Source: Akkermansiaceae bacterium (GTDB lineage Bacteria > Verrucomicrobiota > Verrucomicrobiia > Verrucomicrobiales > Akkermansiaceae). From it: a stretch of 64,000 nucleotides of DNA. Location of the stretch: contig JBGCEE010000032.1 in assembly GCA_045106015.1 (NCBI GenBank), positions 1,668 through 65,667 on the forward strand, in the 5' to 3' direction. Shown piece by piece: positions 63,978 to 64,000 of this stretch. The first letter of the stretch is position 1. The number at the start of each line of letters is the position of its first letter. The position numbers were made by a program, and so were the translations under genes. Below the pieces are notes generated by a model, which saw only the letters and a list, made by a program, of their open reading frames with translations, made no database searches and had not been told where the DNA came from.

Positions 63978-64000
63978 GATTGTTGATTGGCTTTGGTGAA

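Noticed and set aside
1-64000. CRISPR arrays, tRNA/rRNA genes, transposases, prophage genes, defence systems, selenocysteine read-through
   Set aside because: No regularly spaced repeats, cloverleaf or rRNA signatures, DDE/tyrosine/serine recombinase motifs, or in-frame TGA inside conserved domains were seen by eye. tRNAscan-SE, Infernal and DefenseFinder runs would be needed to exclude them formally.

Overview
A gene-dense bacterial chromosome segment, most likely from an aquatic or marine Verrucomicrobiales (PVC superphylum) organism. This is inferred from three sulfatases, a DUF1552/DUF1592 pair, an SHD1 domain, an ExbB-ExbD-ExbD-TPR cluster and a PocR-AraC regulator. All family assignments come from motif recognition, not database searches. 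Bases 1-13.7 kb are a co-oriented run of accessory genes (sulfatases, ankyrin lipoprotein, MarC, a plant-FAAH-like amidase, a di-heme DUF1111 protein, a beta-propeller hydrolase, a methyltransferase). Then come purT and a valS-led cluster, exbB/exbD/exbD/TPR/TPR, oppA/oppB, PIN-PhoH, an OmpA-domain protein, rlmN, a DUF1592-DUF1552-SGNH operon and a galactonate (dgoKA/dgoD) cluster with an SSS symporter. The last third holds a DCC1 / paired membrane paralog / MBOAT operon, a P1B-4 ATPase, a PocR-AraC regulator behind cbb3-oxidase maturation genes (ccoG, ccoI), a secondary phospholipid operon and a SASA esterase. No rRNA, tRNA, CRISPR array, integrase or transposase was seen. The best non-obvious signals are: (1) a 109-bp element present twice, 39 kb apart, with 105/109 identity and TAGACCG...CGGTCT ends (MITE-like); (2) a promoter-plus-terminator-bounded candidate sRNA of about 115 nt directly after the Cys-rich PocR-AraC gene; (3) the uncharacterised DCC1 / paralog pair / MBOAT operon with a palindromic, RBS-occluding leader.
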